DNA of 64,000 nt from a virus, in IMG/VR virus record IMGVR_UViG_3300009000_000003, one strand, 5' to 3'. The notes below the pieces were generated by a model. The model was not told the origin of the DNA. It ran no database searches and saw only the letters and a list, made by a program, of their open reading frames with translations. This document shows positions 50,731 to 62,201 of this stretch, piece after piece (within the stretch, counting starts at the first letter, position 1; every line of letters begins with the position of its first letter). Position numbers and translations under genes: made by a program.

Positions 50731-52725
50731 ATGATTAATTTACAATTAATAAATCATCCAGGTGAACAAGAAACAGAAATTAATATTATTTCTGTAGTAA
50801 ATTCACATATAGATTCAATTGATTATTCTAAATTTATATCAAACCAAGATGTAGCTTTAGAAGCAATTGAATTTGAAGAAATTAATTCTAATGATAATTT
50901 AGAAATATTAAATCTATCTTGGCAACATCCTAAAAATAATATTAATTTTTTAAATCAAATATTTAAAGTAAAAACTAAAAGCTTTATTTTACCATATACA
51001 AATGTGTTAATTAGTGATCAGTATGAATTTGATATTGAAGGTAATGAAACGCCTTTATTTTTTAAACATAAGAAAAAATTAAAAGAAGCGCGCATAGAAG
51101 TTCGACGCTCAGGAAAAGAGCTTGAAGAATATTATGGTTATAAGTTTATAAATAATTATCTTTATACTAATTATACAAACCAATATGACTATGATACTGG
51201 CAGTTATGTACTTTATTATGTAGTTGGTACAGATCTAGAAGGTAACCCTGTAAACGAATTATTAAATGCAGAACCAGCTATAAAAGAAGCCACATGGGAA
51301 GATATTGATCTTGATTCTGGAGAGATAAGAAATAATACTTATACTAAAGAAGTATTGCCAGAAGGTACGTCTTTCAGAATTTCTGATGATGTAAAAAAAG
51401 AATGTAGCACAGAGAATAATGAGTCAGAATATTTTATTAAATTAGTAGACCAAAATCTTATACAGTTATTATCACCAGACGAGCATTCTATCAAAAACAC
51501 TTGGAATGTACGCGTATCTAATGGAGCTTTCTGGAGCAATGGTAAAAAATACTCTGTACCAGAATTTGAAAATCAAAATTTTAATCCTGAATTTGGATTA
51601 GTCAAAAAATCTTTTAAAGACTCTTATTTAGTAAATGAAAACATTATTAAATTGGCTTCAAAAAACATACGTTACAACCCAGTAAATGAATTACATTTAG
51701 ATCTTTTAATTTATTTAAATGAAGAAATTGTAGAGGCTATTAGTAGCGACCCTAATAAGATAGGAACACGTTATAAAGATTCAGAAATATTCTGGGAAAA
51801 TAAAATTTTAAATGTAGACGAACGCAATGGGTTTGTAGAACTAAATAAAAGTTTAGAATTAACAAAAGAAATTAAAAGCGATTATTTTTGTTTTGTAGAT
51901 GATTATTTAATTAAAGAAATTAATTTTAATCCTACAATTAATAAAAACATTATATACAATAAATACTTTTTCTATTTAAAACCTAACGTACAAGCTGGGT
52001 TTAAAAGTATTGAGTGGTTAATTCTAGATGAAGATAATGTTATTATTGAATGCTCTCAAGAAAATCTTAAAGTAGAATACAATAATACATTTAATGAAAA
52101 CACAATCATTAACGAAACTTTAAATACTTTTAAAAATCTATACTGCTACAACTATAATAACAATTATGAATATTTAATATTAGGAGAAGTTTTCTTAAAA
52201 GAAGATTACTATCTAGATGAAATTAATCAAGCAGAACTATCTCTTAACAATAAAATAAATATTAACTCAAGTGTAAATAGGCAATGGAAACTTTTACAGA
52301 GTGAATATGGTTATGGAGAAAAAGGCCAAGCAGTACAAAAGAATAATATTCTGTATTTAAAAGTACCTAAGATGCTATTAGATACAATGAGCCAAGATGA
52401 AATAGACAATGCTTTACGTAGAAAACTTAAAGCTGGAACTGATATTGTAATTGAGTACGATATAGAAGAAAGTTTATTAAATATAACTTTACCAGTTGTT
52501 AAAAAAGTATCTGTTAATATGAATTGGGAAGGCCCTGGTAATTATAAACTTTATAGAAGTGACTCTGAAGTAGGTATCAAAGAATTAATTTATGAAAAAG
52601 AAAGTATTGAACGAGAAACAGTAGGTTATGTAGACAACAATGTAGAATCAAATAAAAAGTACTATTACTGGTCTAGATATAATAATAATGATTTTGGAAG
52701 AACTTATGGAGTTGAAGTCAGATGA
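50731..52725 (+). CDS. Virion structural protein with C-terminal fibronectin type III-like domain
   Basis: VNMNWEGPGNYKLYRS...YVDNNVESNKKYYYW FN3 pattern. Confidence 0.55.
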   Translation: MINLQLINHPGEQETEINIISVVNSHIDSIDYSKFISNQDVALEAIEFEEINSNDNLEILNLSWQHPKNNINFLNQIFKVKTKSFILPYTNVLISDQYEFDIEGNETPLFFKHKKKLKEARIEVRRSGKELEEYYGYKFINNYLYTNYTNQYDYDTGSYVLYYVVGTDLEGNPVNELLNAEPAIKEATWEDIDLDSGEIRNNTYTKEVLPEGTSFRISDDVKKECSTENNESEYFIKLVDQNLIQLLSPDEHSIKNTWNVRVSNGAFWSNGKKYSVPEFENQNFNPEFGLVKKSFKDSYLVNENIIKLASKNIRYNPVNELHLDLLIYLNEEIVEAISSDPNKIGTRYKDSEIFWENKILNVDERNGFVELNKSLELTKEIKSDYFCFVDDYLIKEINFNPTINKNIIYNKYFFYLKPNVQAGFKSIEWLILDEDNVIIECSQENLKVEYNNTFNENTIINETLNTFKNLYCYNYNNNYEYLILGEVFLKEDYYLDEINQAELSLNNKININSSVNRQWKLLQSEYGYGEKGQAVQKNNILYLKVPKMLLDTMSQDEIDNALRRKLKAGTDIVIEYDIEESLLNITLPVVKKVSVNMNWEGPGNYKLYRSDSEVGIKELIYEKESIERETVGYVDNNVESNKKYYYWSRYNNNDFGRTYGVEVR

Positions 52726-53177
52726 GTTTTATATTTCAAAAAGCAGACGGCACTCCATTAAGTCAAAATGATTTAATTGAATCATCAAGTTTGTTGTTAA
52801 ATGGAGCTGAAGTAGATTTTTATATTTACTCAGATGCTGCTACAACAAATCCAGGGATTTATTTGAAAACTTCTAGTTTTTTAGGTGAAATAAACATGCC
52901 TGGAAAAGAGTCTGTATATAAAGACTACGCGGACTTATTGCACTGGGGGAGCGACACTAGTGTAGATGCAGGATTAGAAGTAAAAAGGACTGTAGAAGGC
53001 GTAGAAGAGTGGACTAAATTCTCTTTCATACATGGGGCTAGCTTCTCAAATAAAATTAGCTTAGAGCAAGGTATTTTGGAACAAGAAGGAGTATTTTCCA
53101 TAAGCTTAAGATATAAATCTTATCCAAATGCAGAAGCTAGAAGATTATTTATAGGAGTCGAAATAGATGATTCTTGA
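52722..53177 (+). CDS. Hypothetical virion protein
   Basis: 151-aa ORF coupled by an ATGA overlap in the structural operon. Confidence 0.55.
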   Translation: MSFIFQKADGTPLSQNDLIESSSLLLNGAEVDFYIYSDAATTNPGIYLKTSSFLGEINMPGKESVYKDYADLLHWGSDTSVDAGLEVKRTVEGVEEWTKFSFIHGASFSNKISLEQGILEQEGVFSISLRYKSYPNAEARRLFIGVEIDDS

Positions 53178-55023
53178 TCAATTATATAATTTTGATTTTT
53201 TAAAAAGAGAAGCAAGTTCTTTTCGACAAAATTTAAGACATACAAAAGGTTCGACAAGAAATGAAATCGAATCTTTTTTGTTTTCTAAAGCTTCAAATAT
53301 TAACAAGTATTCTTTTTTTAATTTAAAAAGAACAAAACCTATTTCAAGTAATGACTTTGTAAGAAATATAAACAATTTTAAATATGTGATGTATGTTCTG
53401 TTAAAAGAAAATACAGCAATAGAAAATTTATTAGAAGTATTTAAAAATAAGTCTAGCTCTTTTTTAAAGAGAGCAGATAAAGAAATAATTATTTTAGAAG
53501 ATCAAATCAAAGAGATTGATTTACAATTAAATTCTAAATACTCAAATGTTAAGTCGTTCTCTGTTTTTCAAGAAAAAGATTTTGAAGAAACTTATGACTT
53601 AATTGATTTAAAAACAAATTTGCGTTTAGAAAAAAAATATCAATGTAGTTATAAAGATGGGGTAATTAAAATTCCTAGCATAGCTAGTTTAGAAATACTG
53701 CCATCTAAAATAGAAATATTAAATGAAAAATCATTTAATAGTGACGCATTAATTTCTTTAAATAAAGAAACAAATACATCTTTTATATGGAGGGAAGAAA
53801 AATTCTTTTCATATATAGTGGGTAAAAAAGAAAACCATGATTATGGAGAACAAATAAAAAATAGAGAAGTTCAATTACAATTTGTATGCAGTTTCAATAC
53901 TGTAAGTAAATTAAATAATTTAAATATTACAATGTGTAGCGCACTACCTGTAAATATAAAAGAAATATATTATTGGGACAATGAATGGTTATTAATTGAA
54001 AACTTAGGAATAAAAGAAACTTATAAAGAAAAAAAGATTTGGTTCGAAACTTTAGAAACTAAAAAAATAAAAATTGTTTTAGAACAAAGAAAGTATATAG
54101 AGCTTTGTAAAAAAGAATCTTTAACAAATAAAGAAAACATAATTAATTCTTTTTCAAAATACTTGTCGTATGTAAACGAAGAAGAAATATTAAAAATATA
54201 TGATTTTTCTATTCAGTCTTTAAGCTTTAAATATGAAGCTTATAATAAAGTTGGTTTTTATAGAGAAGCTAACGAAATACAAGTAAACAATCCCTTAACA
54301 TTCTCTATTAAAGAAAACTTACTACTAAATACAGAGAAATGTTTTGTAGAAAAAGAAGCTCATGTAGTACTTTACGGAGACGAAAATAGAAGTGCCTTCA
54401 AGCAAGGAACAAAATCTAGTTTAAGAGTAAACTCAATTATTAAAATTCCTAATAGTAATAAAATACAAACAGAAGTTTTAATACCTATTAAAAATGAAGC
54501 AAAGCTTTCGTTCTTTCCAAAAATTAAAAAAGACTCTTTAAATGAAGAGTTACATAATGTAATTTCAGTACAATTAAATAACGTTGAATTAACAATGTAC
54601 CAAGACTTCTTAGTATCTATAGATGAAGGAAATACTTGGATAAACCAAGCTATAAGAATCGGAGAATTAGAAAAACAAATAAAAGAAAAAATTGCAGGGA
54701 GTGTTTATATTCAATTTATCAAAAGCCTCAACCCTGAAGACTTAATTACTTGTACATATAAGATAGACAATTTCTTTTATTTAAATGAAGAAAAAAATAT
54801 TTTCTTTTCTAATCTTGAAGTAGGTTTTGAAAAAAGTTTAAATAAATCGAGTGGATTTATTAGACCAAGATTTATTTTAAGAAATTTTAATTTTGATAAT
54901 GCAAGTGATATGATTAGCAACTATGTAGCTCTAATAGAAGAACTTAAAGAAGATTCTGAAAGTTATATAGAGTACGAAACATATAAAGAAAAAGCAGCGG
55001 AGAACAATATCAATGGCTTATAA
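53167..55023 (+). CDS. Virion structural protein (coiled coil plus beta-sandwich), paralogue-like to the next two genes
   Basis: Helical N-terminus followed by a discoidin-like segment (FETLETKKIKIVLEQ). Confidence 0.5.
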   Translation: MILDQLYNFDFLKREASSFRQNLRHTKGSTRNEIESFLFSKASNINKYSFFNLKRTKPISSNDFVRNINNFKYVMYVLLKENTAIENLLEVFKNKSSSFLKRADKEIIILEDQIKEIDLQLNSKYSNVKSFSVFQEKDFEETYDLIDLKTNLRLEKKYQCSYKDGVIKIPSIASLEILPSKIEILNEKSFNSDALISLNKETNTSFIWREEKFFSYIVGKKENHDYGEQIKNREVQLQFVCSFNTVSKLNNLNITMCSALPVNIKEIYYWDNEWLLIENLGIKETYKEKKIWFETLETKKIKIVLEQRKYIELCKKESLTNKENIINSFSKYLSYVNEEEILKIYDFSIQSLSFKYEAYNKVGFYREANEIQVNNPLTFSIKENLLLNTEKCFVEKEAHVVLYGDENRSAFKQGTKSSLRVNSIIKIPNSNKIQTEVLIPIKNEAKLSFFPKIKKDSLNEELHNVISVQLNNVELTMYQDFLVSIDEGNTWINQAIRIGELEKQIKEKIAGSVYIQFIKSLNPEDLITCTYKIDNFFYLNEEKNIFFSNLEVGFEKSLNKSSGFIRPRFILRNFNFDNASDMISNYVALIEELKEDSESYIEYETYKEKAAENNINGL

Positions 55024-57808
55024 TGATATCGTTATTAACGAAACTAATAGTTTATTAAAAAACCTGCTTTCAAAAAAAACAAATTCTGACTTTGCAGAAG
55101 AAAATATTAGTAATGAATTTGATTTAATTAATTATGAAATTAAAGAAAAAGATTTAAAAAAAAGTTTAACTAAAATCAATGCACTAAAACAGCTTGACGC
55201 TAATCAATTTAATAAATTAAAAGAGTTAATTGATTTTAAATTAAAAAAGATAAAACTAGAAAAAGAAAACCTAGTTACTTTTTCACAAGAATATTACAAT
55301 CAAATAGAAATTAAAAAAATAAATTTAGTTTCAAGTACAAAAGAATTAAGACAGAAAATGAGTATTCTGTCTGGATTCAGCAATGTTGTAAAATTTGCGT
55401 TTGAAGAAAACTTTAATAATTATTTTCAAATTAATACAAATGTAAAAAATTTATTAAATGTAGATACAAACAGTAATATCTGCACATTGCCAATTGAAGA
55501 AAAAACTAAATTAATTGTTAATTCAATTAAGATAAATAAAGAATCAAATTTAATTCCTGGAAATAATAGAACAGGAGAAAATAAATTAATTTTATCGTTA
55601 TTAAGCAACGATCAAAATAGTTATTTTGAATGCTTCAAATATGATTCTGGACCGGGAAAATTAATAATTTCTGGTGAATTTAAAAAAGAAGAAATTGTAA
55701 ATCAATTTGAAATTAGCGCTATACCCGTAAATGGAATTGTGTCTTTAGAAATTGAAGATATAATATATACAGATGCATTTAATAAAAGCATATCAATTAA
55801 AAAACTAATTGATAATAAAGAGCAAAAATTAAATATTAATAGCTTAGAAAATGAAGAAGCTTTAAATATTTATCATCTGCCTATAAAAGCATACAAATAT
55901 AAAATTGTTCTAAAAACAAAAGAATTTCAAATTGTAGAAAAACGAAAAGTTTTTAAAATAAGTTTAAAATCAATTAGCTTTTATAAAAACAAATACAAGG
56001 ACGAAGGGAACCTTAAATCAAAAAGTATTACTTCTCCTGAATCTATTTATCAGCTACAAGGTGTAGCAAAAGTATACCCAGATAAAAGTAATTCATATAT
56101 TCAAAAGCTTCAATTCTCTATTGACGGGGAAGACAGTTATATTAATGATAATTTCGGGACGTTTATCAATGGAGAACAAAAACAAGTAAATTATAATTAT
56201 AGTTTAACTAAAAACTTATCAAATTTAAATGTAAGAAACATTATTAAAAAAGATTTATTTTTACTAGATATTAAAACTTATTTAAAAAATTATAATAAAA
56301 AAGTTTCTCCAATATCTTACAATATAAATGAAGATAAAGAAAATTTCTTAATCTACCTACCAGATGTACTAAGAAGAAGTATAGATATAGAGGAAGCTAT
56401 AAAAATTGGAGCAGCAAGCACTGTAGGGTTGAATAGAATTTTATTACCAAAAATTCTTAGCAAATTAGATATTAAAAAAGATGAATTGATTATATTTTTT
56501 AATAATCAAAAATGGCTCCAAGTAGATCTTTTAGAAGAGGCTCAAACAGAAGGTTTCTTTTATATAGAAGACAATTTTGAAGCTATTAATGTTAATCTAA
56601 CTAATGTTAATTATTTTACTTGCAAACTTTTACTAAAACCAAAAATAATGCCTATGTTAAAAACAACAGAAGGTTATTATATTAAAATAAATGAAAATTT
56701 TGATTTAGATAAAAAGAAAATTAAATTAAAAAATTTATCTAAAAGTATTTATGAAAAAGAAGAATTTTTAGCTAAAGGCGAAACAAGTTTCTTTTTAGAA
56801 GAAGAGTATATAGTAGAAGGAAGTTTTAAATTATATTATGAAAACGAAAGTCAATGGATTGAAGATACTAGTGAAATAGAAATAGACTATTTAACTGGTA
56901 GATTATTCACTTTTGAACATGAAGAATACGAAAGAAAAGTAATTTATTCTTATTATAAAGAATCAGAAATAAAAGATTTTTCTGTATGGAACAAAGAAAA
57001 TAATTTTTTTGGTTTGTTTATAAATGAAGAAGATATTGCTTTAGAAAATATAAAGCAAAACTTAAATGAGTTACCAAATAATTTCTTTTATTTAAGTGAT
57101 GAAGCCAGATCAAGCATTAATTCAAGTAAATCTTTTGTTTTAAAAGAAGCAGGTATAATAAAAGGAAGCCTGTCTTTAGAAGAAAATATGTTTGAAGGAG
57201 ACGATTTTAAAGAAGTAGAATTTGTAAATGGGTATATAGAATTTTTAAATCTTAAAAAAATATTAGAAGACCAAGTACCTCAAATAGAAGCTAATTCAGA
57301 AAATAAAGTCACATTTACTTTAAGCGAAAAAATTTATAGTACCAATGATGTAGTTGTTTATAAAGATGATGAAATTGTATCTACGGAGATAGAATTTGAT
57401 GCATCTAAAAGAATTTGTACTTTAACTTTAGTAGATGGAGATTTAATAGCTGAGGGATACCATTTATCTTATTACTATATTGATGAAGAAAATTATAACG
57501 AAGATATTAAAAAATATAGTGTAAATTATGATAAAGGTATACTTTATACATCTGAAAATATTTTAAATCCAGAAACAAAAACAATAAATTACGAAGTAAA
57601 TAGAGTGTTATTAAATTATAGTATAGTGTCTTTAGTTGAAGATTATTTCTTTGAAGAAAATGTAATAAAAGTTTACACAGAAAACCTTCCAGAAAGAAAC
57701 AAACAAATTAAATTTGGCTTTTATCAAAGTATAGATAATTTTTCTATAGAAGGCTTAGAAGATTATTATTCTCCATTATTATATAAAATAAAAATTGAAA
57801 TGAGTTAA
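55013..57808 (+). CDS. Large virion structural protein (baseplate/fibre-associated)
   Basis: Helical N-terminus, FEENFNNY, beta-sandwich, repeated IDYLTGRL/VNYDKGIL motifs, C-terminal YSPLLYKIKI. Confidence 0.5.
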   Translation: MAYNDIVINETNSLLKNLLSKKTNSDFAEENISNEFDLINYEIKEKDLKKSLTKINALKQLDANQFNKLKELIDFKLKKIKLEKENLVTFSQEYYNQIEIKKINLVSSTKELRQKMSILSGFSNVVKFAFEENFNNYFQINTNVKNLLNVDTNSNICTLPIEEKTKLIVNSIKINKESNLIPGNNRTGENKLILSLLSNDQNSYFECFKYDSGPGKLIISGEFKKEEIVNQFEISAIPVNGIVSLEIEDIIYTDAFNKSISIKKLIDNKEQKLNINSLENEEALNIYHLPIKAYKYKIVLKTKEFQIVEKRKVFKISLKSISFYKNKYKDEGNLKSKSITSPESIYQLQGVAKVYPDKSNSYIQKLQFSIDGEDSYINDNFGTFINGEQKQVNYNYSLTKNLSNLNVRNIIKKDLFLLDIKTYLKNYNKKVSPISYNINEDKENFLIYLPDVLRRSIDIEEAIKIGAASTVGLNRILLPKILSKLDIKKDELIIFFNNQKWLQVDLLEEAQTEGFFYIEDNFEAINVNLTNVNYFTCKLLLKPKIMPMLKTTEGYYIKINENFDLDKKKIKLKNLSKSIYEKEEFLAKGETSFFLEEEYIVEGSFKLYYENESQWIEDTSEIEIDYLTGRLFTFEHEEYERKVIYSYYKESEIKDFSVWNKENNFFGLFINEEDIALENIKQNLNELPNNFFYLSDEARSSINSSKSFVLKEAGIIKGSLSLEENMFEGDDFKEVEFVNGYIEFLNLKKILEDQVPQIEANSENKVTFTLSEKIYSTNDVVVYKDDEIVSTEIEFDASKRICTLTLVDGDLIAEGYHLSYYYIDEENYNEDIKKYSVNYDKGILYTSENILNPETKTINYEVNRVLLNYSIVSLVEDYFFEENVIKVYTENLPERNKQIKFGFYQSIDNFSIEGLEDYYSPLLYKIKIEMS

Positions 57809-57810
57809 AA

Positions 57811-59808
57811 ATGGAAAACTCAATTAAAAAATATTTATTAAAAAAATATATTGAAGAAAATAATAAAGTACCTTCTAGAAATATTTTAAATTTATTATAT
57901 CAAAATTTTATTAAAGAAAATCCTGAAAGTTTAGAAGTAGGAATTTTTCCAGGAAGCAAAAGTAGTTTACCTCAAGGTGGAGAAGAATCCTCTAGTGGTA
58001 ACTTTGAAGAATTAAAAGAAAAAATATTATTAGATTTAGAAGAGTTCGAAAATAAAATAGAAGAAGAAAAATATTTATTTTATAAATATTTTAATACTTT
58101 TACTAATTCATTTAATAAAAGCATTTCTAAAATTAAAAACTTAGAAAGAAATGTTAATAAAAATTTATTAATTCATTCTAAAGATGATCCGTTTGTATAT
58201 TCAGTTGTAGAGGATTTTACTGATTATTCAAAAGTAGATTTTGATAATTCAAACATATATTTTTTTAACGGAAAAGCTACATTAGGGTTTAAAAAAGTAG
58301 CCTCTGATTCTTTTAATCAAAGCGAAATAAAATATTCTTTTAATCATCAAGACAATATGGGCGCAGGATATAAAGCTTATAATGATATATCTAATGTTTT
58401 AAAAGAAGATGGAAAGTACTTTAAAGTAGTTGCATACTCTACAAGCAAAACAGAAACTGTAAATTTTGTAATTAATATTGACTTTGATGAACCAAAAGAA
58501 ATCGACACGATTAAATATTTAACTCAAAATGTAAATAAAAATAGCAAGATAGTACAAACTTGTTTTTGGTCTCCAAATGGAAACAATTTCTACGAAATAT
58601 TTGAAAGTAAATTAGTAATACAAAACAATTCAAACTATGTAGAAATTAAACAAGAAAAAGTAAAATCAATTAAATTAGTACTTACTAAAGAAGTGTCTGA
58701 CTATACAGATGCTGGGAAATACGTTTATTTATTTACTTTAGATTTTATTGGTTATACTGAAAATTCATATAAAATAAATACTGATTCTACAATGTATTTA
58801 GGTCCATATGAAATATTAGATGAAAACGATGAGCCAGTAAACTTTAGTTTAGCAACAGTAAAGGGAGGTACTTGCTGCATCATACCAGATGAAACTTCTA
58901 TAGATATGTTTGTATCTAAAGATAATTCTAGTTGGATAAAAGCAGATTTTAAAGGTACTTCTCAACAAGTAATACAATTTTCTGAATCAGAAGAAAATGC
59001 AGAAACATATAACATCTTTAATATTTTAGATGAAAGTTCTGAAAGCAACTGGGTTGCTGAAAACTATCCAGAAGAATTAAGTTTAAAGAAAAATGAAAGA
59101 TGTTTAAATGTTTATGTACCAAAAGAAAACAAAGCGCTTATAAATTTTAATTCTTTAAACATACAAAGAAATATTTTAAAAGAAGATAAAGTAAAACTTT
59201 ATAAGGCTTACTCAGGCTGGGAATATAAAGAAGGGTATTATCACACCAATATTATCTGCAATTCAATTGAAGGTATGTATATAGATTTTGGAAATAGAAG
59301 TTGTTTTTTAAATGGACAGCAAACCAATGGAAAAACTTTTATTAGTTTTGGAAAGCATTCTTTTAAAACTTCTAAAGAGAATTGGTTACATATTAAAGAC
59401 GAACCCAATATAAATTCATTAAAATCTTTAAAAGAAAAAGATAAGCTGTATCCTTTTAATCACAAGTATTTGATAGAAGGTTTTGATTACAAAATTGATT
59501 TTAGAGGAAATAAAAAGTATAAAAAGAAATTAGATATTTTTTCATTTGATTTAAAATTACTTAGTAATTCAAAGTTTGCTTATGAAAATGAGTTAGATGT
59601 ATTTACTTTGAAAGAAGTTGACGAAAATATTTACATCATAGTAAAATGTAAAGAAATTAGTGGTGAAGAAAAAATAGAAGACTACAACATCACTTATCGT
59701 AAAAACGACACAATCAATTCAAATAAATTATATATTAAAGCAATTTTAAGAAGTGCAAATGAAAAAGTAACTCCTAAAATAGATCAAATCCAAGTCAGGG
59801 TAATCTAA
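57811..59808 (+). CDS. Virion structural protein (coiled coil plus discoidin-like domain)
   Basis: VEDFTDYSKVD, IDFDEPKEIDTI...KVKSIKLVLTK, C-terminal LYIKAILRS...TPKIDQIQVRV. Confidence 0.5.
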   Translation: MENSIKKYLLKKYIEENNKVPSRNILNLLYQNFIKENPESLEVGIFPGSKSSLPQGGEESSSGNFEELKEKILLDLEEFENKIEEEKYLFYKYFNTFTNSFNKSISKIKNLERNVNKNLLIHSKDDPFVYSVVEDFTDYSKVDFDNSNIYFFNGKATLGFKKVASDSFNQSEIKYSFNHQDNMGAGYKAYNDISNVLKEDGKYFKVVAYSTSKTETVNFVINIDFDEPKEIDTIKYLTQNVNKNSKIVQTCFWSPNGNNFYEIFESKLVIQNNSNYVEIKQEKVKSIKLVLTKEVSDYTDAGKYVYLFTLDFIGYTENSYKINTDSTMYLGPYEILDENDEPVNFSLATVKGGTCCIIPDETSIDMFVSKDNSSWIKADFKGTSQQVIQFSESEENAETYNIFNILDESSESNWVAENYPEELSLKKNERCLNVYVPKENKALINFNSLNIQRNILKEDKVKLYKAYSGWEYKEGYYHTNIICNSIEGMYIDFGNRSCFLNGQQTNGKTFISFGKHSFKTSKENWLHIKDEPNINSLKSLKEKDKLYPFNHKYLIEGFDYKIDFRGNKKYKKKLDIFSFDLKLLSNSKFAYENELDVFTLKEVDENIYIIVKCKEISGEEKIEDYNITYRKNDTINSNKLYIKAILRSANEKVTPKIDQIQVRVI

Positions 59809-61875
59809 ATGGCAACCAACTTTTTAAATAATCTAAACTATCCAATAGTAATAAATTCATCAGCAGTAACAAATGCAGATAATAAAGAGGCTATATATTT
59901 AAACTCTGTAAAGAACAGAAATGATTTAAACAATATAAGCGCTTATATTAACACTTTATTGGTACCTGCTATGCAGGGGTTAGCTAGCGGGCCAAAGTAT
60001 CCTTATGATGCCGTTGTAGATGGTATTTCAGGGCTTACTACAATTACTTATCCAGAGGAAAAAGGTAACAATCAATTTAACATTGGATTATACTGGAAAA
60101 AAGATTCAGAAACAGAACCAGGTAGACCTTGTACTATTAAGGAATCTTTTGATTATTTATTAAGCAACTTAGTAGACAGAATTGTTGAAGTACAACAATC
60201 GACTACAGACTTAACTGAAGTTTGGGAACAAATTAGATGCAACTCTTTAAATTTAGAAAGAGTTAAAAAAGACAGTTTGGGCGAACAATATATTCTTGAA
60301 TGCTTATCAAATAAGCAAAGAGAATGGGATCTTTCTAAACATATCTATGAAATTTTATTTCAACTTACAGAAGGTCATGATGAAGCTCAATTAGCTGAAT
60401 TAGATTCTGGAGCTGATTATCCGAGCTTATCTATTAAAACTTCTTTATTAATTCCTGGGCCAGAAGGTCCCGCTGGGCCAACTGGGCCTCAAGGGCCTGC
60501 TGGAGTAGACGGCGGGAATGCAATATTTTATTCTAGAGAGCAATTGGCACCTACAATTGAAAATGTTAAAGAAACTACTTTAGATAAATTAAGTAGCGCT
60601 AATAACTTTAAATTTAATTCAATTGAAAATCAATTTAATATTGTTAATGCTGGTAAAGACAGAGGATTATCTTTAGGAGAAACTTTAAATTTAACAGTTT
60701 TTGGAGATTTTCCTGGAACTGGAATACCAGATCATGGAGAAGCTAGAGCATATACTTTTTGTAGTACAGGAAGTCCCGACATAAATAGAATTATTGATTT
60801 AATTGAATACGAATCAAACGGTGTACCTTCATTAAAAAGTTTAATGCAAAATGTATCAACTTTAAATAATAATTTAAATGCAAAGTTTATCGCACCTATT
60901 TGGAATAGAAATTATTTAACAAATAAAGTAGGGGATGAAATTTTAGCTGTAGAAGAATCTTACACGCCAATCATTGGCGTATCTAGAGATGATATAACTT
61001 ATTCAGACATCACTTTTAATAGCGCATTCGTTTGGAACGAAGAAGAGTATGTTGGATTGCAAGATGATTACGAAAATGCCAATGCATTTAATTTAGGAGA
61101 AACTGCTACTTTAAAAAGACATTATTGTTCAATGGGCGAGTCACCTATAATTATGCTAGGTGAATACTTGCAAGGAGACGAAATTGTAGCAGTACCTTTT
61201 CAACTGTTAATAAATAGAGGAATACCTGTTAGATTTTTGCTTACTGGGCTGCAAGATATTGATAGTAGCGAGCCGCACCATTTTAATGCTAATGTAATAG
61301 GAATGTCTAAAAGGTATTTTGAAGAATCTATATTAGACAGTTATTTATTAGATCCAGATCCAGAAAATAATGCTCAAGAAAAAATTCAAGAACAACTTTT
61401 TAATTCTTTAAATATTATTGAAGATGATCAAGGAAATCTAGTGGGGGCCGCTTACGAAAAATTGCCTTCTTTAATGTTTAGGGAAGATGTTGATTTTGGT
61501 AGCGAAAATAGCGATGACTTGAGAATATATACAAAAGGAAATTGGGAAAAATATATCAACTTAAATACATTGGGAATTATTACTAATAAATCAAATTATG
61601 GAGAAGTAGAAGAAAATCCTAGATTGTTTAATGAAGATCCAAACCTTGGACTTTTAGATCTTGGAATTTTAAATTCTGATGCTAATAAAATGTGCAGCGA
61701 TATTTTAAATATACAAGATGACAATTTTGCTAGTGGAATAATTTATTACCCTTACATAGAAAAAGTTTGGGAACTTTTGTTTGGAGAAACAAAAGATAAA
61801 ACAAACATAACTCAAAGATTAGCTGTAGCTAAACATTCAAGACTAAGCATAGCTTATGCTAATATAAAAGTGTAA
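59809..61875 (+). CDS. Fibre-like protein with short collagen-like repeat
   Basis: GPEGPAGPTGPQGPAGVDGGN. Located at the end of the structural operon. Confidence 0.55.
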   Translation: MATNFLNNLNYPIVINSSAVTNADNKEAIYLNSVKNRNDLNNISAYINTLLVPAMQGLASGPKYPYDAVVDGISGLTTITYPEEKGNNQFNIGLYWKKDSETEPGRPCTIKESFDYLLSNLVDRIVEVQQSTTDLTEVWEQIRCNSLNLERVKKDSLGEQYILECLSNKQREWDLSKHIYEILFQLTEGHDEAQLAELDSGADYPSLSIKTSLLIPGPEGPAGPTGPQGPAGVDGGNAIFYSREQLAPTIENVKETTLDKLSSANNFKFNSIENQFNIVNAGKDRGLSLGETLNLTVFGDFPGTGIPDHGEARAYTFCSTGSPDINRIIDLIEYESNGVPSLKSLMQNVSTLNNNLNAKFIAPIWNRNYLTNKVGDEILAVEESYTPIIGVSRDDITYSDITFNSAFVWNEEEYVGLQDDYENANAFNLGETATLKRHYCSMGESPIIMLGEYLQGDEIVAVPFQLLINRGIPVRFLLTGLQDIDSSEPHHFNANVIGMSKRYFEESILDSYLLDPDPENNAQEKIQEQLFNSLNIIEDDQGNLVGAAYEKLPSLMFREDVDFGSENSDDLRIYTKGNWEKYINLNTLGIITNKSNYGEVEENPRLFNEDPNLGLLDLGILNSDANKMCSDILNIQDDNFASGIIYYPYIEKVWELLFGETKDKTNITQRLAVAKHSRLSIAYANIKV
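60457..60519 (+). repeat. Collagen-like (Gly-X-Y)7 coding repeat
   Basis: GC-rich gggccagaaggtcccgctgggccaactgggcctcaagggcctgctgga within an AT-rich gene. Confidence 0.9.
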
Positions 61876-61885
61876 GGAGAAATAA

Positions 61886-62200
61886 ATGAAAGAAGACCAA
61901 GATATAAATCTAGTTTCTTACCGCTTAAAAGAAATTGAAAATAGTTTAGACAAGCACTTAGAAAAGCTGTCTAATAAAATTGATCTTCTTTTAGAACAAG
62001 TAAATAAAACAACTATTGCTCAATCTGAAACTAAAGTAAAAGTACAAAAGTTAGAAAGTGACGTACAAAATTTAATTAAAGCAGATGAAAATTTAAAAGA
62101 AGAAATTACAAAACTAAAAGTTACGCTTGCAGAAAAATTAGGATGGGGAGCTGTAGGCGGAATTTTAAGTGGAGTAATTTTAAAAATGTTAGGACAATAA
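61886..62200 (+). CDS. Coiled-coil protein with C-terminal transmembrane helix (holin/XhlA-like)
   Basis: Heptad repeats followed by LGWGAVGGILSGVILKMLG. RBS AAGGAG. Confidence 0.6.
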   Translation: MKEDQDINLVSYRLKEIENSLDKHLEKLSNKIDLLLEQVNKTTIAQSETKVKVQKLESDVQNLIKADENLKEEITKLKVTLAEKLGWGAVGGILSGVILKMLGQ

Positions 62201-62201
62201 T

